Origin: Eledone cirrhosa
Taxonomy: Eukaryota
Reading direction: 5' to 3'
Length of the DNA: 64,000 nt
Assembly: GCA_964016885.1 (NCBI GenBank)
Contig: OZ024748.1
Location: forward strand, 40,610,001 to 40,674,000
The translations under genes and the position numbers were made by a program. Shown piece by piece: positions 41,834-52,661 of the stretch (position 1 is the stretch's first letter; every line of letters starts with the position of its first letter). Below the pieces are notes generated by a model. The model did not search any database and had not been told where the DNA came from. It worked only from the letters and a program-made list of their open reading frames with translations.

Positions 41834-42435
41834 GTCAGGTCACCAGTTGGTGCTACTGGTAACATGTATCCCAGTACAACCTGTCTCATGGTCGGGTCGT
41901 TGGCGACTAAGCTGGCAACCCCACCAAGGTTTCTTGGTGAGGAGGGTGACTTTGGACATCCTGCAGGACTAAAAACAAAACCTGTCAAAGAGCAAAGGAG
42001 CTCTTAAGAGTCAATGACCATCCAAAATTACCAGGAGAGATGACCCCTTAGCCTTTGTCAAGGCAGAATTCTAGGAGAAGGAAAACTCTGATATAACACC
42101 TGCAACCCTGATGGTATCCAATGATGTTGACTTGTTATTCTTTTTGGTAAATATCATCTTGGTTAAGAGAGTGGGACTGGCTTTGTGCAGTGCCTTTGCT
42201 CACTATAAAAGCTTCACGGCACAGGCATTGCTTTACATCTGGAGATCACTCTGCACTTGTCGTTATATGGTACCATGGGCCAGCACTATGTGTCAATAAT
42301 TGTCACAAGTGTAGTGTTTGTACCAGAGTTTTCAAGTCGCTGGCTGGACCAAGTCACACTCGTTCAGCGCATCAGTAGGGGTTCTCCTACATGGATATAA
42401 AGTAGTGGCCGTACTCGAAAACGAGTTGGCAGCCA

Positions 42436-42437
<2 letters not shown>
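41834..42437 (+). mobile_element. Short non-coding interspersed repeat, RTE-leader-like, copy 2 (longer, structured 5' end)
   Basis: Flanked by (TA)n on both sides; contains TAGGAGAAGGAAAACTCTGA, recalled from RTE 5' UTRs; homologous to 38283-38746. Confidence 0.6.
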
Positions 42438-42486
<49 letters not shown>

Positions 42487-42571
42487 TATACATATCAATT
42501 ATTGTTAGTACATATTAAAGTTTAAGCAAAGAATTTCTGCTTTCACCCTATTGTGGGATCATCTTATTATT

Positions 42572-42755
42572 ATTGGATTGGCAGTATCGGGAGATGGTCG
42601 GACGCCATGCTTTGACGCATAGAGTTATGGCCCTTGCCATTCTGAGTTCGAATCCCGCCGAGGATAACTTTGCCTTTCATCCTTACGGGGTCGATAAAAT
42701 AAAGTACCAGTAATGTGCTGGGTAATTGCTGGCCTTGTGCCAAAAGTAGAAACAA
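42572..42755 (+). mobile_element. SINE family A
   Basis: GGATTGGCAGTATCGG head, B box GAGTTCGAATCCC, tail TGGCCTTGTGCCAAAAGTAGAAAC. Confidence 0.85.
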
Positions 42756-42769
42756 TTGGAGAGGGGGGG

Positions 42770-43917
42770 GCCGAGCGGAGATGGCTGAAGGTGGTGTTTG
42801 TGTATGGGTGTAGGTGTATGTGTGTGTATGTGAATGTGAGAGTTGGGGGAAGAACGAGGTTCCGTGTTCAGGTAAAAGGGAGGCTGGTGTGACGTGGGGT
42901 GGGGTGTAAGTCAGTATGTGCGTGCGTGTGGATGGAGGGGTGGGGGGAGTCAGGAGGCTGTGTGTGTGTATGTGGGGATACGCACGTGTGTGTTTGTGTT
43001 TATATGTGGTGTGAATGTAGTTGGCGTGGTTCGAAAATAATGTAAGTGTTTGTTCGTGTGTATGTTCCTAAGGTATTTCCATGGAGTGTGAGACAAAATG
43101 TTGGAGATTGCCCGTGTCGTAGAATGGATAGGTGGAACGATGACCAGTGGTGTGAAATCCTGGTGTGGTAGTGCGGAAGTGGAGAGATGTGGGGTGTGCA
43201 CGCAACAGGAAGTGGCCAGAGGGTCAAGGCAGAGTGAAGAGATAGCAGTAGAGGAGGATGACAGGTAAAGAAAGGGTCTGTATGTTGAGTGGACTGTGTC
43301 TGTGTGTGCGGAGGTATGGTGGACAGGGGAGAGGATGGGTAGGTGTGAAAGGTGGAGGGAGAAGGTGGTGGTGTGGGGGATGGTATATTAGTGGAGGTGT
43401 TAGTGGGATGGGTGTGTTTGAAGGGGTGTAGATGAAGCGGGGAGAGAGAAAGGGTGTTGGGGACGGGGGAGGGAGTGTTGTGTACTGGTGTGTGTGTGCG
43501 TGTTTGGATATGAGTGTGTGTGGTAAAGAGGGTGTTAGTATTACTGGTGGTGGGGAGGGGGTTGAATGCGGGTGTGTAAGTGGGGGTTAGTGGTGGTTGG
43601 GTGTGTGGAGTGGGTGGTGTATCGGTGTGTGTGTGTGTGATGGTGTGTGTTCGTGTATGTGGGTGAGGGGAAGGTGGGTTGGGGGATGCTAGTAATATTA
43701 GTTGTGGGGTGGTCAGATGTGGATGTGTGGGTGGGGGTTAGAGGTGGTAGTAGGGTGTGTGGATAGTGTGAGTGCGTGTATGTACAGGTGGGTGTGGCGG
43801 CTGTTATTATTATTAGCTGTGGGGTGGGACAAGGGGGTAAGGGCGGTGAAACTGAGGAGTGTGTTAGTGGTGTTAGTGGGGGATGTGTGTGTGAGAGGGA
43901 AGGGGGTCTGTCGAAGG
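42770..43917. repeat. G/T-rich low-complexity region, possibly the 3' non-coding part of the adjacent Penelope-like element
   Basis: Strong strand bias continuous with the element; no coding motifs recognised. Confidence 0.45.
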
Positions 43918-45260
43918 CTAAAGGAATAGGGGTGGGGAGTTCAGGCCGAGGGTGTGTGTGAGTCTGTAGGGTGAAGATGGTGTGTTGTTCGACCGTGAGG
44001 CGGGTGGCGGGTGTCCCATGGCATTGGAGTAGGCCTCAGACTGGGAGGTGGTGCGCGGAATGTCCAAGGGAGCCAAAGTGGCGGGCGATGGGGGAACTCC
44101 CGCCGAGACGAATATCGCGGAGGTGCTCCGTGATCCGATCCGCCAGGTGACGTCCAGTCTGTCCGACGTAGGTGGCGCTGCACTCCGTACAGCGAACTCC
44201 GTTGACGAGGTTGGAGGAGGTGCAGAGGAAGGCGTGCCGGACAGAGAGAGAGTGGCTGTTGGGACCCTGGAAGGTGGGGGTGTTGGTGATGTGGGGGCAG
44301 GTGGGCAGGTGTGGCAGCGAGGCCTGGAGCAGGGAAGGGAAGGGGGGTAGAAGAGCATGGGTTGGGGTGGGGAGCTGCGACTGAGGAGGTAGCGGAGAAT
44401 ACGCGCACATTTGAAGGAGGGGGGTGGGGGAGGGGGAGGCGTCGGACTGGAGACGTCGAAAGAGGCAGAGGACAGTGCGGTAGAGGGGTAGAGTGGAGAG
44501 GTGGTAGGTGATGGGGAAGGGGAGACGGTGGGTGGGTGTGTGGGGGCATGGGGTGAGGGCGGTGGAGCGGTGGACCGCACGGGCGTAAGTGAGGGCGGTG
44601 TGGGCGAAGGAGAGGAGGTAACCTCTCCGGATGAAATGGCTGACTAAAGAAAGGGCCTGGGATTCGAAGTCAGCATCTCGGCTGCAGAGGCGGCGGATCA
44701 GGAGGAGTTGGGAGTAGGGAATAGAGTGTTTGGTGTGTGTGGGGTGGGAGGAGGTGAAGTCGAGGTGGGAGTGGGAGTCGGTGGGTTTGAAGAAGGCGGA
44801 GGTGATGAGGGAGCGGTGGGAGGGGTCGCTGGTGGCGGAGATGTCCAAGAAGTGGACTCGGGTGGTGGAGATAGAGGTGGTGAAAGAGTCCAGAAAGGCG
44901 GAGATGAGTTCAGTGGGGCAGTTGCAAGCTGAGACGATGGGGCGGCCTGGGTTGTCGGGTTTGTGGAGTATGAGGTGAAAGTAGATGGAGGGGGTGCGGG
45001 GGGAAGTGGTGGGAGGGAGGAGGAGACGAGGCGTTGGATGGTGGAGGAAAATTGTTGTTGGGGTCAGAGGGTATAGGGTGGTAGAAGAGGTGGTTACGGA
45101 GCTGCCTGAGGGCTTCAGCCGTGTAGAGGTCAGCGTGCCATACCACCATGGCGCCTCCCTTGTCCACCGGTTTGATGACAATGTCATCTTGGCTACGGAG
45201 GGAACGGAGAGTGAGTAGCTCGCCCCGTGTGATGTTATGCCGTTTGGAACAGAAGTCAAA
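43918..45260 (-). mobile_element. Internally deleted Penelope-like retroelement (RT remnants plus GIY-YIG endonuclease)
   Basis: DKGGAMVV, HKPDNPGRPIVS, VHFLDI, FKPTDSHSHLDFTSSHP..KHSIPYSQ, then CTSSNLV..RCTEC..YVGQTGR..DRITEH..ARHF..GHS. Confidence 0.88.
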
Positions 45261-45534
45261 CCGATTTACTGTGCTACGGCAGGCGTCGACATATACATAT
45301 GTGTGTGTGTCTATATAAAGACCCTCCCATATATATATAGTGATAAGAAACTCTTAGAAGAGCTGGGCAGCAGCAGATCTTCAGAGAAGGACCTGCCCCA
45401 CCTAAGCAAGTGTACGGTCCTTAACTTATCTGTGTGTGTGTGTATGTGTGTAGAATATAATATGTATATTGGTCATAGTATGAAGTTGTAGTAGAAGACA
45501 CTTGCCCAAGGTGCCACACTGTTGGACTGACCTG

Positions 45535-45680
45535 GAAAACCCTGAGGTTTCCAATTGGACCCCTTAACAACACTGCCTTGAGGGTACCAAATGGACCCCT
45601 TAACAAAACTGTCTTAAGGGTACCAAATGGATCCCTTAACAACACAGCCATGAGGGTACCAAATGGACCCCTTAACAACA
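45535..45680. repeat. 36-bp tandem repeat, ~4 units
   Basis: GGACCCCTTAACAA-like motif at 45557, 45593, ~45630 and ~45665. Confidence 0.85.
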
Positions 45681-45972
45681 CATTTATGTTTGCACATAGT
45701 TTCTTTATGTAATATGTTCAAATAACCCTGATATCAGCTATTCTATTGCTACTGCAGAGTAGGGTCCACCTTATGGTATACTACACAATTGGTTTTAGCA
45801 TCCCCCAGAGCCAGCAAGTTCCTCTCAAAGTGTTTCTATGGTATTTATTCAATGTTTCAGGTGGAACTAATTAAAAGTATATTAACATCGAATGAGGTTC
45901 AGCCCCAACAAAGATAATGCCGTTAATAAAAGGAGGAATAAAAAGTAAATATAAAACTATCTTTTATCAACA

Positions 45973-46320
45973 TTAACACTTTAGCATTTAAACCAGCTGT
46001 AACCGGCCAGCACTCTCTCACCTCTTTCTGTTCAAACCAGCTGTAACCGGCCAGCACCCTCTCACCTCTTTCTGTTCAAACCAGCCTTAACTGGCCAGAA
46101 CTCTCTCACCTCTTTCTGTTCAAACCAGCCGTAACAGGCCAGAACTCTCTCACCTCTTTCTGTTCAAACCAGCCAAAACCAGCCACTCATACTTATGTTA
46201 AAGTATTGTTCTCAAAATAAATAATATCAAAATCTCATAGATTTGATATTATGTGAGATAAAGCCTTTACCGTGAAAATACAATAGTATATATAGGGTAA
46301 TATAAATGCTAAAGGGTTAA
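45973..46320. mobile_element. piggyBac-like MITE copy 2 containing a 44-bp internal tandem repeat (~4.3 units)
   Basis: TTAA|CACTTTAGCATTTA ... TAAATGCTAAAGGG|TTAA; AAACCAGC recurs at 45990, 46034, 46078, 46122 and 46166. Confidence 0.88.
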
Positions 46321-46727
46321 ATATTATTTTATTGTGGAAGAGAAGTTTTAGACATAAAAATATTAATTATTTTATTTTGGAAAAGATGTTTTAGCCATGA
46401 AAATATTAAATAATATTTTATTTTGGAAACGATGTTTTAGCCATGAAAATATTAAATAATATTTTATTGTGGAAAAGATGTTTTAGCCATGAAAATATTA
46501 AATAATATTTTATTGTGGAAAAGATGTTTTAGCCATGAAAATATTAAATAATATTTTATTGTGGAAAAGATGTTTTAGCCATGAAAATATTAAATAATAT
46601 TTTATTTTGGAAAAGATGTTTTAGCCATGAAAATATTAAATAATATTTTATTGTGGAAAAGATGTTTTAGCCATGAAAATATTAAATAATATTTTATTGT
46701 GGAAAAGATGTTTTAGCCATGAAAATA
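46321..46727. repeat. 46-bp AT-rich minisatellite, ~9 units
   Basis: Unit ATATTAAATAATATTTTATTGTGGAAAAGATGTTTTAGCCATGAAA, starting directly after the MITE. Confidence 0.93.
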
Positions 46728-46734
46728 AGTCTGA

Positions 46735-46880
46735 CATTGCAACTCACTTCTACATCTGAGTAAACTGGAACAATGTGAAATAGTGTCTTGCTGAAGGATA
46801 TAATGTATCACCCGGTCTGACAATCAAACTCACAACCTCTTGATTGCAAACCCAATGCTCTAACCACTGAACCATGTGTC
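46735..46880 (-). mobile_element. SINE family B, head and core only
   Basis: Collinear with 41675-41806. Confidence 0.75.
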
Positions 46881-46977
46881 TTCACTTAAAACATTACAAG
46901 TCACTATTTTTACAGAAATAATTCCAAATTAATATTTTAAAAAATATATATACTTTATTATTATTATTAATCTATTG

Positions 46978-47498
46978 AGGGTGGTGGATTGACAGTAATT
47001 GGTAGAGCATCCGACAACATCATTTGTGGCATTGAGTTACGTCCCTTTACGTTCTGAGTTTAAATCCCAACAAGGGTAGCTTTGTCTTTCATCCTTAGGG
47101 GGGTTTGATAAAATAAATTCTAGTAACATACTGGGATCGATTTAATTAACTTTCCCCTCCCCGCAAAATTGTTGGCCTTGTGCCTAAATCAGGTTAACTT
47201 TGCCTTACAGGGTACGATAAAATAAAGTACCAGTAATGCACTGGGGTAATTGCTGGCCTTGTGCCAAAAGTAGAAACAATTATTATTATTAACAAAGGCC
47301 AGTGGATTGGCAGAGCGTCGGACACCATGCGTTGCAGCATAGAGTTACGTCCCTTTACCTTCTGAGTTCAAATTCTTTTGAAGTTAACTTTGCCTTTCAT
47401 CCTTACAGGGGTTGATAAAATAAAGTACCAGTAATGCACTGGGGGTCGATTTATTCCCCTTTCCACTCCCCCCAAAATTGGGCTTATGTTAAGAACCA
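46978..47498 (+). mobile_element. Cluster of 2-3 SINE family A copies
   Basis: Heads near 46980 and 47300, an extra 3' half near 47190-47280, separated by (TTA)n. Confidence 0.8.
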
Positions 47499-47699
47499 TT
47501 ATTAATATTGTTTTCTATTTATTAGATACTTGGGTGGAAGGATCACCAATGTCAAGTTTGGTAGTTCAGGTAATAAACTTTAAATAACTAAATATCTGAG
47601 AAGAGTCGCAGGTGAGAAAATTATAATTGTTTTCAGGGTATTCATCCCATCTTTAGTGCTGAAAGATTTAAAAAAAAAAAATATTTCCATCTCCATAAA

Positions 47700-47832
47700 A
47701 GGTGGTGAATTGTGAGAATCAGTGGATCATCGGAGGAGATACTGTGCAATATTTGTTATGTTTCTTTATGTTCTGTGTTCAAATGAAAGGTCAACTTTGC
47801 TTTTCATTGTTTCAGGGACAATAAACAAAATA
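47700..47832 (+). mobile_element. Old SINE family A fragment
   Basis: GGTGGTGAATTG head and GGTCAACTTTGCTTTTCAT. Confidence 0.55.
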
Positions 47833-48363
47833 CATGTCTAATTCTTCTCTCTCTGTGGAAGAAATTGGACCGATTGTATGTCATGATGGCATCCCTAAGA
47901 CTCTATTAACAGTTAAGGATCCAGTGATCGTTGACAAGTGATGTACATAAATGTAAAAACATTTCATCTTTAAATATGAAATTAATAATCTGAAAGATCA
48001 TAATTATATTAACAATAATTAATTTTTGTTTATTATAAATTGACACATTTTAATCATCAAATCAGATATTTATGGAAATTTCTAAAATGAATGTCTAAAT
48101 ATTTTAATTAGGGCGCACCTGTTCCCTTAAACTCCGACCAGAAGAAAAGTTGCAGGTAAAAAACAAAACCTTATTTTATATACCATTCTTCTCAACTTGA
48201 TGGGAAATTAATTTTAGATATGAATTCTATCAATTTGTGTATGATAATACTATTCTTATGTTTGTCCGTATGTCATACAAACACTGCACTCTGTCAACAG
48301 ATTTCAAAAATATTTTATTTAGAATTCACTGAAACACAAAGAAAATATTTTGAATAGTTTTCA

Positions 48364-48402
<39 letters not shown>

Positions 48403-48523
48403 AGAGGTCCAACGAGCTTTTGATTCCAGAGTTGGGCCAGATCAAACCTTGAGCTGATTAATAGCAAAACGCGAGTCACCAATCAATAAATGTAATGAAG
48501 GCTTAACAAATCAGCCTTGTATT

Positions 48524-48619
<96 letters not shown>

Positions 48620-49121
48620 TATATATGTCCGAACACAAAGGAACCAAACTCCCACTGTCACTGCCTCCATCTCACCAGCTCTCCCTATCTCTCACTATTA
48701 TGAGCAAATGGGGGTCCACATGCTGGCAGCTCCACGACCCTGCTGGACAGAATAGAGAAGATAAAAATATAATCAGTTTTATATGTTTGAGTAATTTGGT
48801 TTTAAGAACTAAATATTGTTGTTTTGGTGGTTTTCATGGCACATGAGATTGTCATTTGATTGCTTTTGAATAGGGGAGGTGAAGTTAAGAAAAACCATGC
48901 AGGGAGAGTTAAAAGATACAAACAGCCAGTTAATAAAGAAATATCTGTCAAAATACCGTAAGACACAAAGACTATTTCCAGTTTGAATTGAGTACCATTA
49001 TATATTTTGCGCTGTTTTCATCATTAGCTACACTTTTTCACAAATATAAATATTTCTTTTACTTACTATGTTGTGGCTTTGTTATCAGTTTTTCTTCAGT
49101 TTGATCTTCAAAATATTATAG

Positions 49122-49505
49122 TGTGTTAACCCCGTGTTTACCAGCTGGTACCCCTATGTGTTAACCCCTGTTTATCTACTAAGGCCCCTATGTGTTAACC
49201 CCATGTTTACCAGCTGGTACCCCTATGTGTTAACCCCATGTTTACCTACTAAGGCTCCTATGTGTTAACCCCATGTTTACCAGCTGGTACTCCTATGTGT
49301 TAACCCCTTGTTTATCTACTAAGGCCCTTATGTGTTAATCCCATGTTTACCAGTTGGTACCCCTATGTGTTAACCCCTTGTTTATCTACTAAGGCCCTTA
49401 TGTGTTAACCCCTTGTTTACCTACTAGGGCCCCTATGTGTTAACTCCATGTTTACCATCTGGTACCCCTATGTGTTAACCTCTTGTTTACCTACTAGGGC
49501 CCTTA
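49122..49505. repeat. 35-bp minisatellite with alternating A/B monomers (11 units)
   Basis: TGTGTTAACCCC every 35 bp; A ends ACCAGCTGGTACCCCTA, B ends ATCTACTAAGGCCCCTA. Confidence 0.93.
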
Positions 49506-49586
49506 TCTCTTATGTTTTTAACATTTTGATGCACTGCTGTATTTTTGCTTATCATTGCTTACTATTAGTGTGCAGTATGTGACTTG

Positions 49587-49723
49587 CTATCTATCTACCT
49601 GTCTGTCTGTCTGTCTATCTATCTACCTGTCTGTCTGTCTGTCTACCTGTCTATCTATCTACCTGTCTGCCTGTCTATCTATCTATCTGTCTGTCTGTCT
49701 GCCTATCTATCTATCTATCTATC
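49587..49723. repeat. (TATC)n/(TGTC)n microsatellite, left flank of Tx1 copy 2
   Basis: Direct reading; continues at 52458-52512 and 54868-54970. Confidence 0.92.
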
Positions 49724-52457
49724 TGTGGCCAGAGTGCTAGCGTCGAGAACGGCCCTGGGCCAGTTCTTCGACGCGAAACACGAAGGCTGCATCGTCCGAA
49801 GCAAAATACGTGCTCTGGGAAACGAGGGGACCAAAGCTGTTAGCTGGGCCCGCGTGACAGAAGCCAAAAGAGGAAGCAGATCCACTATCCAGTCTTTGCG
49901 AGACCAGGATGGACGGGTGATCCTTGAACCTAAGCAGATGTGCGAGGCTTTTCAAAAGCACTTTGCCGGATTGTTCGGAAGGGGCGGGGAGCCGGTTGGG
50001 GAAGTGGACTTCGGTCCATACCTCGACGGCCTGCCGCGTCTCTCGGACAGGGAGGCGAAGTCCTGCGAGGAGCCGATTTCAGCCGCTGAGATAGAGGACG
50101 TGCTGAGCCAATGCGGCAAACGCAAATCCCCGGGTCTCGATGGTCTTCCATACAAACTATATCTAGCTATGCCGGACTTGTTCCCCGATCTCCTCGAGGC
50201 GGTCTACTGCAACTGGCAACAGAACAGGAGAATTCCCTGTGCTGTGACCAAGGGCATAGTCACGCTAGTGAGGGGGACGAGAACAAAGGGGACGATATAA
50301 ATAATTTCAGGCCCATAACTCTGCTAAATACAGAGTTACAGATTTTGGCCAAGGTGCTAGCAAAGTGGTTGGCGCTTGTCGTGGGCAACCTGGTGGGAGA
50401 TGCGCAGACATGTGCTATCCCGTCCAGGTCCATCCACGACAACCTCCACCTCATGCGATACATCATAGAGAGGGTTGGGAACGAACCCGGCTTTGGTGGG
50501 GCCCTGATCAACTTGGATCAATCTAAGGCATTCGATAGGGTCGACAATGGTTACCTGGATGCGGTGCTAGCGGCGGCAAGCTTCGGACCCGTTTTCAGGG
50601 GCTGGATCAATGCCATGCACAGCAGCCGCATCTGCTCTAGAGTCAAGGTGAACGGCTACCTCTCGGAGCCATTCGAAATCGCGTGGTCAATCCGACAGGG
50701 GTGCCCTCTCTCCTCCCTTCTGTATGTAATGCCTCTAGAGCCACTGCTGCGGAAGTTGGAGTTGTTGCAGGGCATCCCGTTGGAACCGGGATTGCGGAAA
50801 GCGGTGTCGGCCTACGCCGACGACGTAACAGTGATGGTGTCTACGGCCTTGGAAATCGGGGCGATTGGCACCTTACTGGAGGAGTATGAAAGGTTTACAG
50901 GGGATAAGCTGAACCGGGACAAGTCGATCGGTCTGCACCTCGGCACGTGGAGGGGCAAATCGATGCCCTCCGATGGCGGCGTCGGGCGCTGGACGGAAGG
51001 CCCGGTGAAGTTGCTCGGCGTCTGGTTTGGACCAGACCTCCAGGTGAAGAAGAACTGGGGTGAGGTAACGAACAGGGTGTTTGCACTGACCCAGAAGTGG
51101 GCCGAGTGCAAACTGTCCCTGAAAGGTCGGGCGGAGGTGGCGAACACTTATATAGCGTCCGTCATCTACTACCGCCTGACCGTTGTGCCTTGCCCAAGGG
51201 AAACGCTCACCAAAATGGAGCGCGCACTATTCCAATTCCTTTGGAAGAAGCGGGCTCCTATGGTGAGGAGATCCATCTGCTGTCAACACCCTTTGAAAGG
51301 AGGGCTGGGGATGCCGTGGCTAATGATACGTAAACACGCATTAAGGCTATGGCACCTCCAGGTATTCCTCTCCGGTCAACCGGTGTGGGCCCCGTTTGTG
51401 AGGCGAGCCTTTCCCAGACTCGTCTCACTCACCGAGCTGCAATCCTGGGTCAAGCAAAGACCGAGAAAACTGGGCGCCTGGCACACCGAGTGTGCCCAGG
51501 CGCTCACGGCTCTCTGGCAGGCGGACCTGACTGTCAGTGGAGAATCCACCTCGTCATTCTATAGAGGGCTGGTGGTTAGCAGGTGCGACAAGGCCCTCGG
51601 AGAAGCCCTAGGCATGGAGGAAGATGAACTGGCCAACCTGTTCGGTAGGACATTCAGCCCGGGACCCATGGATAACTTCCAGAGGTCCCTGGCCTGGCAG
51701 TGCTACAGAAGGGCTCTGCCCGTTCGAGAAAGGCTCTACAGACACGGGCGCCCGGGTAGGGACCCCTCGAAAAAGATCTGTCCCAGATGCGTGTGTGACG
51801 AGGAAACCGTTGCACACGCATTGGTACACTGCTCGGGCATTACTGATCTGTGGGGCTATGTCGAACAACTGCTGTCAAGGGTGGGACCGATCCGGTTGGC
51901 CACCAAGTCTATTGTAACGATCAAGCCGCCTCCCCTCTTCAAAAACGAAGGAGAGGCGGTGTTTCTGTGCGTAATAGCCATGGCGAAAGAGGTTGTATGG
52001 TGGACGTGTCTGAAAGGACTGAGGTCAGACACCTTTCTCTCTGGCCAACAACTGGTCCGTTTCTTCCGATATCATTTCGGAAGAAGGATCAGGATGGAGA
52101 GAGAGGTGCTGCACCCCAGCCGTTTCTATGAAAGATGGGTGAAAGTGGCGAGAATGGCCCGTGTGAATGGGCCTTCGCTCTACATCAGACTATAGGTGAG
52201 GAAGATGAAAGACCAAGGGAGCACCCCTTCTCTGTGCTCCTGAGGAAAAGGGTTGCACACTTTTTTTCGGGGGTGTGTGCGACCCCCCAAGGCGCCTCCT
52301 CTCTATTGAGGATTTTATTATAAATTCTATTCTGTTATATTTTATTTTATTTTTATATTTTGTTATTGCCTCCTCCGTATTGAGGACGCCTTGTTTTGTA
52401 AACTCCCCCCTTTGTACTTGTCCCACTTTTGATGCCCTGGTGGCAAATAAAAGAAAC
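49724..52457 (+). mobile_element. 5'-truncated Tx1 copy 2 (RT through 3' UTR)
   Basis: SPGLDGLPY, FRPITLLN, DQSKAFDRV, RQGCPLS, YADDV, CPRC..HALVHC; one frameshift near 50270; stop at 52195. Confidence 0.95.
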
Positions 52458-52661
52458 ATATCTATCTATCTACCTGTCTGTCTGTCTGTCTATCTACCTG
52501 TCTGTCTGCCTCTCTAACTTCTGGATGGACACGTGTTAAACTTGCTCGGTAAGTTTTGTTTAAATTTCCTTAGAAATTCGTCATTGCGAACTTTTAATTT
52601 TATACCAATTTGTAGAGGGACTGACAGGTCAAATTTTGATCTGGTCAGTCCTCCAAAATAT

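Noticed and set aside
42760-45420. Hammerhead ribozyme in Penelope terminal repeats
   Set aside because: No CUGANGA...GAAA arrangement or terminal repeats found by eye.
47526-47611. Additional coding exon of the NWD-like gene
   Set aside because: Plausible AG and GT sites, but no open frame is phase-compatible with the next candidate exon and no motif is recognisable; could be non-coding.
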